From NCBI GenBank assembly GCA_037481835.1, contig JBBFKW010000009.1:64001-128000 (forward strand): a stretch of 64,000 nucleotides of DNA. The letters run 5' to 3'. The notes beneath the pieces were generated by a model that was not told the DNA's origin, did not search any database, and saw only the letters and a program-made list of their open reading frames with translations. The position numbers were made by a program, and so were the translations under genes. Source of the DNA: Desulfosoma sp. Its GTDB lineage: Bacteria > Desulfobacterota > Syntrophobacteria > Syntrophobacterales > DSM-9756. This document shows, one piece after another, positions 18,273-26,380 of this stretch (positions within the stretch are counted from its first letter, which is position 1; each line of letters starts with the position of its first letter).

Positions 18273-19054
18273 GCGAGCGGGTTCCCGGGGTGGCGGCGGC
18301 CCTTAGGAGGGTCACCTACGCCTACAACAGCCATCCCGTGCTGGAAGATGTGGACTTAACGATCTACACGGGGGATTTTACCGCTGTAATCGGCCCCAAC
18401 GGCGGCGGGAAGACCACACTCCTGAAACTCCTCCTGGGCCTTCTGAAGCCTCGGACGGGGACGGTCACCCTTTTCGGCGAGGAGCCCGCCAAAACGGCGC
18501 ACCGGGTGGGCTACGTCCCCCAAGACGTTCACATCAACCGCTTCTTTCCCCTGACCGTTTTGGAACTCACCCTCATGGGGCGACTCGGCCCCGGGCACCT
18601 CTTGCGCCACTATTCCGCCAAGGACGTGGCGGCTGCGGAAGCCGCCTTGGACCGCATGGAAATGCTCGCCTACCGAAAGGCCCGCTTGGATGAACTGAGC
18701 GGAGGGCAACGGCAGAGAGTCTTTATTGCGCGGGCCTTGGCGTCGGAGCCGGAGGCGCTTTTCTTGGACGAACCGGCGGCCGGAGTGGATTCGGCGGGCC
18801 AGAAGGATCTCTACAGCCACTTGAAGGAACTCAACGACCACATGACGATCCTCGTGGTGACGCACGATCTTTTGGTTCTTTCCACGTACGTGAAATCCGT
18901 CGTGTGCGTCAACCGCTCCTTGGTCCATCACCCGTCTCCGGAAGTGACGGCGGACATGCTGCGTCTCGGATATCGATGCCCGGTGGAACTTTTGGGACAC
19001 GGGCATCTGCCGCATCGGGTGCTGCCTCTGCACGGAGACAAAGACCGTGGGTGA
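18269..19054 (+). CDS. znuC: Zn ABC transporter ATPase
   Basis: GPNGGGKTT, GYVPQ, LSGGQRQR, LDEP; C-terminal HGHLPH. Confidence 0.88.
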   Translation: MSERVPGVAAALRRVTYAYNSHPVLEDVDLTIYTGDFTAVIGPNGGGKTTLLKLLLGLLKPRTGTVTLFGEEPAKTAHRVGYVPQDVHINRFFPLTVLELTLMGRLGPGHLLRHYSAKDVAAAEAALDRMEMLAYRKARLDELSGGQRQRVFIARALASEPEALFLDEPAAGVDSAGQKDLYSHLKELNDHMTILVVTHDLLVLSTYVKSVVCVNRSLVHHPSPEVTADMLRLGYRCPVELLGHGHLPHRVLPLHGDKDRG

Positions 19055-19877
19055 ATGGCTGCAACTCGCTTTCGTCCAGAACGCCTTTGCGGCGTCCCTT
19101 TTGGCGGCCGTGCTGTGCGGCGTTGTGGGCACCTATGTGGTGGCCAACCGCATGGCGTATTTGGCGGGCGGCGTGGCCCACGCCGCCTACGGGGGGGTGG
19201 GGCTTGCCTTCTTTATGAAAATCCCCCCCATGGCAGGCATCCTGGGATTCACGTCTGTATCCGCCGTCATCATGGGCATGATCTCCCTTCGCGAAAGGCA
19301 TCGGGCCGATACGGCCATCAGCGTCCTCTGGGCTTTCGGCATGGCCCTGGGCGTCCTTTTGGTGGACCTCACCCCTGGCTACGGGGCCGATCTCATGAGC
19401 TATCTCTTCGGGAGCATCCTCACCGTGTCCCGCACTTCTCTCGCCGCCATGGCCGCCCTCACGGTGCTCGTTCTCCTTTTTACAGCTCTGTTCCACAAAG
19501 AACTGGCGGCCGTCTCCTACGATGAACACTTCGCCCGTGTGCGGGGTCTTCCCGTAACGGCGCTCTATTTGACCCTCATCGGCATGATCGCACTGACGGT
19601 GGTCGTCCTCGTGCAAGTGGTGGGGCTCATTCTCGTCATCGCCCTTCTGACCATCGCACCTTACATCGCCGAAAAGACCAGCCGGTCCTTGCAGGGCATG
19701 ATGTTTCGAGCCATCGTCCTCAACACGATCTTCGGATCCGTCGGGTTGGGGCTTTCCCTCGCCTTGAACGTCACCTCCGGTGCGGCCGTGATTTGTGTCG
19801 CAGCCGCCGGCTATCTCGTCTCTGTGAGCTTGAGTGCGCTGAAACAAAGAATGGGATACGGGCAAGGCCATGTGTGA
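19047..19877 (+). CDS. znuB: Zn ABC transporter permease
   Basis: GGVAHAAYGG, MSYLFGSIL, VGLILVIALL. Confidence 0.88.
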   Translation: MGEWLQLAFVQNAFAASLLAAVLCGVVGTYVVANRMAYLAGGVAHAAYGGVGLAFFMKIPPMAGILGFTSVSAVIMGMISLRERHRADTAISVLWAFGMALGVLLVDLTPGYGADLMSYLFGSILTVSRTSLAAMAALTVLVLLFTALFHKELAAVSYDEHFARVRGLPVTALYLTLIGMIALTVVVLVQVVGLILVIALLTIAPYIAEKTSRSLQGMMFRAIVLNTIFGSVGLGLSLALNVTSGAAVICVAAAGYLVSVSLSALKQRMGYGQGHV

Positions 19878-20307
19878 TCGCTGCAACTACAGGAAGCTCA
19901 TGGAAGAGGCGGGCATCCGAGCCACGACCCATCGCCTCGCGGTTTTGCGGATCCTGGGAAGTGCCTCGAGCCCGATGAGCGCCCAAGAAGTTTTCGACGC
20001 CCTTCAAGCCTGCCGATCCATCAATCGCGTCACCGTCTACCGCATCCTGGAATCCCTCGTGGAAGGGGGCGTGGTGGACAAGATCAGCGCGGGGGACCGA
20101 AGCTTTCGCTACGGGCTGGCCCCCAACGAAAATCATCCGCAGCACGCCCATTTCTACTGCCGTCTGTGCGGCCTCATGGCGTGCCTTCCCCCGGAAAGCC
20201 TTCCTCTGCCGTCCCGAAGTTCGTCGTCCATGATGCCGGGCATCGTGGAAAAGTGCGAAATCCGCTTGGACGGGGTGTGCCACCACTGCCGCCTGCGGCA
20301 TCCCTGA
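19870..20307 (+). CDS. zur: Fur-family regulator (Zur)
   Basis: GIRATTHR, NRVTVYRIL, HAHFYCRLCG, GVCHHC; last gene of the znu operon. Confidence 0.85.
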   Translation: MCDRCNYRKLMEEAGIRATTHRLAVLRILGSASSPMSAQEVFDALQACRSINRVTVYRILESLVEGGVVDKISAGDRSFRYGLAPNENHPQHAHFYCRLCGLMACLPPESLPLPSRSSSSMMPGIVEKCEIRLDGVCHHCRLRHP

Positions 20308-20483
20308 TCCCCCGTTTTTAGCCTTCATCGGAATCTTCGAATGTTTTAGGCTTTTTCGATCGAAACTATCTATTTGTCCCTGAACATTTGTCTTTTCTAT
20401 GCTTTCCCGGGTTTCGAACCCCGGGGCCCACAGCCCCCGGGGCTCTTCAAGAAGGGTGTTCAAGACCGCACATGGAGAAGCGC

Positions 20484-21086
20484 ATGAAGGAAGAACGGGT
20501 GGACTGTCGGGGCCTGGCCTGCCCGGCTCCGGTGCTCAAAGTGAAGGACATTCTGGATCGATCCCCTGTGGAGCGCATTACGGTCTGGGTGGACAATCCG
20601 GCATCGAAGGAAAACGTCAGCCGGTTTCTCATGCGGGCGGGGTTCCAGGTGCAGGTGCAGGAGGAGGCCCAGGGGTTTGCGGTCATCGGAAGCCGCGGGG
20701 CCCAGGAAACCTGCGAAGTCTTCGTGCCGAAAGCCGACGCCGAATCGGCCCGCATTTTGGTGCTCGTGGGCACGTCACGCCTGGGCTCGGGGGACGACGT
20801 CCTGGGGGCCAAGCTCATGGAGAATTTCTTGGGGACGCTCAAGGAAATGGGGCCCGCCCTGTGGCGCTTGGTCTTCTTAAACGGAGGCGTCCACCTTACG
20901 GTGGAAGGTTCTCCTGTGCTGGATATTTTGAAAGAGCTGGAAAGGGACAAGGTGAGCCTCCTTGTGTGCGGAACGTGCCTCAACCACTTCGGCCTATTGG
21001 AAAAAAAGGCGGTGGGAGAAACCACCAACATGCTGGATATCGTCACTTCCATGCAGCTGGCCGACCGAGTCATCAGCCTGACATAG
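20484..21086 (+). CDS. yedF: Selenium metabolism protein YedF (TusA + DsrE-like domains)
   Basis: VDCRGLACPAPV, LGSGDDVLG, FLNGGV, CGTCLNHF, TNMLDI. Confidence 0.85.
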   Translation: MKEERVDCRGLACPAPVLKVKDILDRSPVERITVWVDNPASKENVSRFLMRAGFQVQVQEEAQGFAVIGSRGAQETCEVFVPKADAESARILVLVGTSRLGSGDDVLGAKLMENFLGTLKEMGPALWRLVFLNGGVHLTVEGSPVLDILKELERDKVSLLVCGTCLNHFGLLEKKAVGETTNMLDIVTSMQLADRVISLT

Positions 21087-21174
21087 AAGCGCACGACAAA
21101 CGGGCTCCGAAACGCCAAAGGCGCCGCGCCCCGCGGCGGGAAAGGCCGGCTCACCGGCTTTTTCGCTGTAAAGA

Positions 21175-21202
21175 TTGACAAAATCGCGGGCTTTTCTAAC
21201 AT
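21175..21202 (+). promoter_or_regulatory. Putative sigma70 promoter
   Basis: TTGACA-N16-TAACAT upstream of the DAC-domain gene. Confidence 0.5.
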
Positions 21203-21243
21203 GGGGCGACCATTCATGACCGCATTTTCAGGGAGCGCGCCCC

Positions 21244-22680
21244 ATGCCCACGAAAACCTCGAAAAACCACCTCATCTTCAACGTCTTGGAAGCGCTTCGC
21301 GAAGGGTTTACCCATTTTTCGGGGCCGAGTCGGGTGGCGCTGGTCTATGCGGAAAAGCGCGACGATCCCATGAGGATCTGCGATCCGGAAGATCTCCTCC
21401 GCGGCCATGAACCGAAGTTGAAGGAACTCTATCTGGACAGCGAGGCGTGGCGCGCCGACGCGCCGGATGTGCGCGACATGAAGCGCTTCGGGCAGATTTA
21501 CCCTCTGCCGAACCTTAACCTCTCGGGGCTCATCTCCTACGGCGGCCGATCCCGATCCATTTTCTACCAGATGTGGTTTACGGAACATCACCCCGACATG
21601 TGCTCCGTCCTGCCCACAGAACGGTGGCTCGAGCACGCGGCCTATCTTCTGTCCCACGATTTCGCCACGGCCAAGACATTCTACACGGACTCGTCCCGAT
21701 ACGTCCTTCGCGAATACGCGACCCACGCCGTCCACGACGCCATTTTGGACGGGTTGAACCTCAAAGTCGGCTGGGACAGCCGGCTGCGCATTTACCCCAT
21801 CTTGGACGCCGTTCTGGAAATTTCCAAAACCCCGGAAGAAGGCGCCTGGCCCCGGGGGAAACTCGTCTTTGTGGAAGAAACGTGCCTCAAGGATGTTCCT
21901 TTCATGGCCGTGTTTCCCCAGGGGGAACGTCCAAGTATCAGCAATGCGAAACACATCCGAAAGATCCTGCTGGCGGTGGAACATTCGGAACGCTGGCTCG
22001 TCTCTGAAGGCCGTACCCTTGTGGGAATCGGCAGGGGGCCTTTGCCGGACTGCCGGATCAGCGCCGAATTTTTCGGCAGTTACGGCTTTCTTCGCTTCAA
22101 CGGCCAGCCCATGTGCAGCTTTTCGGAAGGCCGCTTCTACTCCTCGAACCGGCGCGCCAAATTGGTTCAGCTGGAAGAAACCCTCCTCACGTCGGACCTG
22201 GACCCTTCCATGGCCCATACGCTTTTTCAGATTACGGCGGCCCTCGTGCACGGCGCCCAGGAACGCAAGCACGGCTGCACCTTGGTCCTGGATCTGGGGA
22301 CCAACCCCCTTTCCATTTCGGGGCATTTGTTGGAAAACCCGCTGGACCTCCAGGACCCCGCCAATCTGGATCTGGCCAAATCCTTGTCCAAAATGGACGG
22401 GGCTCTGCACATCGGGGCGGACGCCAAACTCCATCGGTTCGCCTGTCTTCTGGACGGGCGCAGTGTGCCGGGCGAAGACCGATCCCGAGGAGCCCGTTAC
22501 AATTCAGCCCTTCGGTTCAGTGCGGAACACGATCAGGCCATCATCGTGGTCGTCTCTTCCGACCGCCCTGTCTCGGTCGTCCACGGGGGAGTAGAACTTT
22601 CGGCCCTGTGCCCTTGGAGCCCATCCTTCACGCTGAGCGGGCTGCCGCCCACCTTGTCCGATTGGATTTCCCTTGGCTAA
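21244..22680 (+). CDS. Protein with C-terminal DisA_N/diadenylate-cyclase-like domain
   Basis: KHGCTLV, SKMDGAL, RGARYNSA, VVSSD. RHR is replaced by RYN. Confidence 0.75.
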   Translation: MPTKTSKNHLIFNVLEALREGFTHFSGPSRVALVYAEKRDDPMRICDPEDLLRGHEPKLKELYLDSEAWRADAPDVRDMKRFGQIYPLPNLNLSGLISYGGRSRSIFYQMWFTEHHPDMCSVLPTERWLEHAAYLLSHDFATAKTFYTDSSRYVLREYATHAVHDAILDGLNLKVGWDSRLRIYPILDAVLEISKTPEEGAWPRGKLVFVEETCLKDVPFMAVFPQGERPSISNAKHIRKILLAVEHSERWLVSEGRTLVGIGRGPLPDCRISAEFFGSYGFLRFNGQPMCSFSEGRFYSSNRRAKLVQLEETLLTSDLDPSMAHTLFQITAALVHGAQERKHGCTLVLDLGTNPLSISGHLLENPLDLQDPANLDLAKSLSKMDGALHIGADAKLHRFACLLDGRSVPGEDRSRGARYNSALRFSAEHDQAIIVVVSSDRPVSVVHGGVELSALCPWSPSFTLSGLPPTLSDWISLG

Positions 22681-22810
22681 TCCCGCCCATGCATCAGGAT
22701 TTCCTATTGGATCGCCCATGGCCCTGGGATTATGGTCCCATGGCCACCCTGGGGGAATGTCCCCTTGGGATGGGACAACGGAGACGATCATTGGGAGGGC
22801 CTCTCAGCTC

Positions 22811-23626
22811 ATGTGGAAACCCAAACTCGCCTGCCCCAATTTCACGAGGGATCTCACGGCGCTTCGCCGTTTCGCTCTGGAATCCGGACTGGACGGCGTA
22901 GATTGGAGCTTCACCCTGCAGGAACTTCCCCAGACCCCCAAAGAGGCCTCGAGGTTGAGTCGCGAATTGGCCGATCTGCGGCCTCTGGCCGTGCGCTACC
23001 ACGCCGCCTTTCCCACCGTGGATCTGGGAGACCGCGACCCGGAAAAAGCTCAAGCCGCCTATCGAATATTCGAACAAGTGTGCCGTTTGGTTTCAAAGCT
23101 GGAAGGAGAAACCCTCACGATCCACGTGGGGCTGGGGCGAACCACCACGGAAGATCTTTCCTGGGAAAGAACGCTGGAAAACCTTTGGCGCCTGAACAGT
23201 TCGGCCCAAAGGCTCGGAATTCGGCTCTGCCTGGAAAACCTCGCCTGGGGATGGACCAGCCGCCCCGAGCTTTTCGAAAAGATGCTTCGCCGAAGCGGCC
23301 TCTGGGGCACCTTCGATATCGGCCATGCCGTGGTCAGTCCGTCTATTGTCTCTGAGCGGTTCGATGTGGAGGACTTCGTCACGCCCCACGGAGAACGCAT
23401 CCTCAACGCCCACGTCTACCACAGGGAATTCGACAATCGTCACTTCCCACCCGAATCCGTGGACGATGTGGCCCAGCGGCTGGATCTGCTTCGAGCCCTT
23501 CCCGCCTGTGAGTGGTGGGTCCTGGAACTTCGGGACGAGCCGTCTTTGCGTTCCACACTTGACGTCATCCTCAGGTATCTGGAAAAAGACAACGGAAACC
23601 TGGGGATGGTCGAATCGACCGCATGA
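22811..23626 (+). CDS. Sugar phosphate isomerase/epimerase (xylose-isomerase-like TIM barrel)
   Basis: YHA, TIHVG, LCLENL, FDIGH, NAHVY, H.PP, WVLE metal-binding motifs; GGGAGG RBS. Confidence 0.8.
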   Translation: MWKPKLACPNFTRDLTALRRFALESGLDGVDWSFTLQELPQTPKEASRLSRELADLRPLAVRYHAAFPTVDLGDRDPEKAQAAYRIFEQVCRLVSKLEGETLTIHVGLGRTTTEDLSWERTLENLWRLNSSAQRLGIRLCLENLAWGWTSRPELFEKMLRRSGLWGTFDIGHAVVSPSIVSERFDVEDFVTPHGERILNAHVYHREFDNRHFPPESVDDVAQRLDLLRALPACEWWVLELRDEPSLRSTLDVILRYLEKDNGNLGMVESTA

Positions 23627-23653
23627 AGGGCACCACCCAAGAGGAAAGCGCTT

Positions 23654-24343
23654 TTGGCCTCATCGTCCTTGTCGTGGCAGACAAAACCCACCGACCGGTT
23701 TATCCTGCGCTGGATTAAGCGCCACCTTTCGGCCCTCATGACGCCCCATCTGGCCCGCGTTCCCGGCCTCGCTCCGTGGATGGTGACGGTCACTTCTGCC
23801 GCGCTGGGCGTCCTGGCGGGTTTCGTTTTCGGTCTGGGGTGGGGCTTTACGGCAGGCTGTTTGGCCGCCGTCGCCCAGGTTCTGGACGGGGTGGACGGTC
23901 AGCTGGCACGGCTGAAAGGGACAGAAACCGCCTGGGGAGCCTTTTGGGATTCCACGTTGGATCGCTACGCCGACGGGGCCATGCTTGTGGGGATGGGCGT
24001 TTACGTCGCTCGAGAAGTCCCGTGCATTCCTTTGGGGGTGCTTATTCCCTTGGGCGCGGCAGCTGTCATCGGATGCGGTCTCATCAGCTACACCACGGCC
24101 CGTGCGGAAAGCTTGGCGCTGGACCTCGGGCCGCCCACTTTGGTGAGCAAGGGGACTCGAACCACGCTCATGATCCTTTCGGCATGGACGACGGTTTTCT
24201 GGAAAGGGGCCCCGGTGATCGCCCTCGTTGTGCTCGCGGTATGGACCAACGCCGTCGTGGCGCAAAGACTCCGGCGCGTGAAGGACAAGGGCCGGCCCCT
24301 TTCGCCAAAAGGGGGCGCTTCCGATAACGATGCCAAGGAATGA
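23654..24343 (+). CDS. CDP-alcohol phosphatidyltransferase family membrane protein
   Basis: LDGVDGQLAR...GAFWDSTLDRYAD signature and SYTTARAE. Confidence 0.88.
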   Translation: MASSSLSWQTKPTDRFILRWIKRHLSALMTPHLARVPGLAPWMVTVTSAALGVLAGFVFGLGWGFTAGCLAAVAQVLDGVDGQLARLKGTETAWGAFWDSTLDRYADGAMLVGMGVYVAREVPCIPLGVLIPLGAAAVIGCGLISYTTARAESLALDLGPPTLVSKGTRTTLMILSAWTTVFWKGAPVIALVVLAVWTNAVVAQRLRRVKDKGRPLSPKGGASDNDAKE

Positions 24344-24347
24344 CGCG

Positions 24348-24896
24348 ATGGAATACGCGGCACCGTGCGGCGTGATCCACGGACGGTTTCAGATCCTCCA
24401 CAACGATCACCTCCGCTACCTCTTGGCGGGAAAGGCCCTTTGCCGCCATCTGGTCGTGGGCATCACCAATCCGGAACCCGCGTTGAGCGCCGACGACGAA
24501 GCGGACCCAAAACGCAGTGATCCAGCCGCCAATCCGCTGACTTACTACGAAAGGCAGGTCATGGTGCGGCGGGCTTTGGAAGCCCACGGAGTTCCGCTCC
24601 AGGAATTCACCATCGTCCCCTTTCCCGTGAACTTTCCCGAGCGCTACCGGTATTACGTTCCCTTGGATGCGGTTTTCTTCCTGACCATCTATGACGAGTG
24701 GGGGAAAAAGAAGCTTCGCATGTTCCAAGCCTTGGGGCTGAAAACCCACGTGCTGTGGGAAAAGCCGCCCCATGAAAAAGGCATCAGCGCCTCGGAGGTC
24801 AGGCGCCGGATCCGAGAAGGGCTGCCGTGGGAACACCTGGTCCCAGAAACCACCGCCGAACTCGTCAAGACCTGGAAGATCGCCGAACGCCTGTAA
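24348..24896 (+). CDS. HIGH-like nucleotidyltransferase (NMN adenylyltransferase/cytidylyltransferase-like)
   Basis: HGRFQILHNDH, VGITNP, NPLTYYER, ISASEVR. Alternative start at 24330. Confidence 0.8.
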   Translation: MEYAAPCGVIHGRFQILHNDHLRYLLAGKALCRHLVVGITNPEPALSADDEADPKRSDPAANPLTYYERQVMVRRALEAHGVPLQEFTIVPFPVNFPERYRYYVPLDAVFFLTIYDEWGKKKLRMFQALGLKTHVLWEKPPHEKGISASEVRRRIREGLPWEHLVPETTAELVKTWKIAERL

Positions 24897-24973
24897 GCGC
24901 CCGCAGGTTCGTGGAAGCGGCTCAGGCGGTTTTTCATGGAAAGGGCTCCGGCTGCCGTGAAAGCAAAGCCGAC

Positions 24974-25345
24974 TTAACCCCTTCCCGAAGGAACTTCCCA
25001 GAGCAAATCCTTGTCCAAATCCCGGAACAAATCTTCCAGCCGGTACAAGAATTGGTCCAGCGCGCGCAATTCCCGCCCAAGGAGCGCCTCGCGGGCCTTG
25101 TCCCGGCACTCGATCAGGTGCGGCACGTGTTTTTCCAAAACCTTTTTCCACAGGCCGGAGACGTTCGGGTCCCTGGCCGTGCGGGCCAACTCTTCCACAA
25201 GATGGTAAAGGGTGAGCGGCTCATCGACGAGGCGCTTCTTGCCCACGTCCCGAAGGAGGGCACTGCAGCCGGGATACTGCTTGGCAAAACCTCCCTCGTC
25301 ATAAACAGGAACCAGTCGGATGTCGATCTGCATGGTGCGACTCAT
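24974..25345 (-). CDS. Hypothetical protein
   Basis: 123-aa ORF with AAGGAGG RBS; no recognisable motif. Confidence 0.65.
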   Translation of the reverse strand: MSRTMQIDIRLVPVYDEGGFAKQYPGCSALLRDVGKKRLVDEPLTLYHLVEELARTARDPNVSGLWKKVLEKHVPHLIECRDKAREALLGRELRALDQFLYRLEDLFRDLDKDLLWEVPSGRG

Positions 25346-25510
25346 GGAAAGTCCTCCTTTCTTGCCAATGGCGAAAGAATGTGTTCAAGATGCGCGGCCA
25401 TTGCGCCGAATTCTCTTGTGGGCTCATACCCCGGTGCACCGAGGTGCGGAAGAACCGCGCAGCCATAGGGTGACGCACAGCTCACGCGCTGAAATGGAGC
25501 CATAGAAGTC

Positions 25511-25987
25511 ATGGACACGCTGAAAGTCTTCGCCACCGAGGATGGGAAAGGAATGATCGTCTGCCCTCAGTGCGGGTTTGCCCGTCAGGTGGATGTCGCC
25601 CGCTTCCTGCCTCAAAACAAACAGGTCAAGGTTCGGTGCCCATGCGGCCATTCTTTCCGGGTCTCCTTGGAAATCCGAAGGACATACCGAAAGTCGGTCT
25701 TCCTCTTTGGAGAATACCGAAAAAAGGCGGACGATGCCAGCAGCCCCTATCGGCAGATGATCGTCCAAGACATTTCGCTGGGTGGCTGCCGTTTTCAAAC
25801 CCCCTTGGCCCACGGCCTAAAGATCGGGGATTTGGTCCATCTTGAATTCCCCTTGACCGATGAACGAAAGTCCCTTGTGAAAGCCGTCGGCGAGGTTCGC
25901 CGCGTGGAAGGAAAAAGCGTCGGCGTCACTTTCGTCAATTTCGACTCCGGCTCCGAAAAAGCCCTCTATTTTTTCCTCTTGCCCTAA
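25511..25987 (+). CDS. PilZ-domain protein with N-terminal Zn ribbon
   Basis: CPQC...CPC, then RRTYR (RxxxR) and DISLGG (DxSxxG). Confidence 0.88.
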   Translation: MDTLKVFATEDGKGMIVCPQCGFARQVDVARFLPQNKQVKVRCPCGHSFRVSLEIRRTYRKSVFLFGEYRKKADDASSPYRQMIVQDISLGGCRFQTPLAHGLKIGDLVHLEFPLTDERKSLVKAVGEVRRVEGKSVGVTFVNFDSGSEKALYFFLLP

Positions 25988-26240
25988 ACGACCATGAGTT
26001 TCCGGAGTCGCCCGAACCGGTCGGCGGCTTTCGGGCGGGCTCCCCATTTCTCAATGGGCGTCTTGACCGCCTTTCCCTCTTTGCGATAAGGTTTGTAAAA
26101 ATTCTCACGCATCAGTGCCGGCAGGGCGAATCGGACGGCTTTACGGCCACCGGAGGGACCGTCATGAAGGCGGGCGAGACGGCACGCGATGGCAGCACAA
26201 AAGCTCTTGCCACAGGGCATGGGCCGGTGATTCCCCTTTC

Positions 26241-26256
26241 TGTCGGGAGAGCGGCA
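26241..26256. promoter_or_regulatory. Possible CooA/CRP-FNR-type site upstream of cooS
   Basis: TGTCG-N6-CGGCA, one mismatch from the TGTCG-N6-CGACA palindrome, about 125 bp upstream of cooS. Confidence 0.3.
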
Positions 26257-26380
26257 CCCCAAACCCCGGCGCCGCTCGCTCCGGAGCCGTCTTGTCTCAG
26301 CTTACCTGTTTTTGTCCGTTTTTCGCGTCCGTTCCCAGGGCTGAGAGATCCGAAGATCTTTCATGAGGAGGGCAGAAGCC

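Noticed and set aside
26190..26205. Sigma54-like GG-N10-GC upstream of cooS
   Set aside because: Lacks the TTGC -12 consensus; likely chance.
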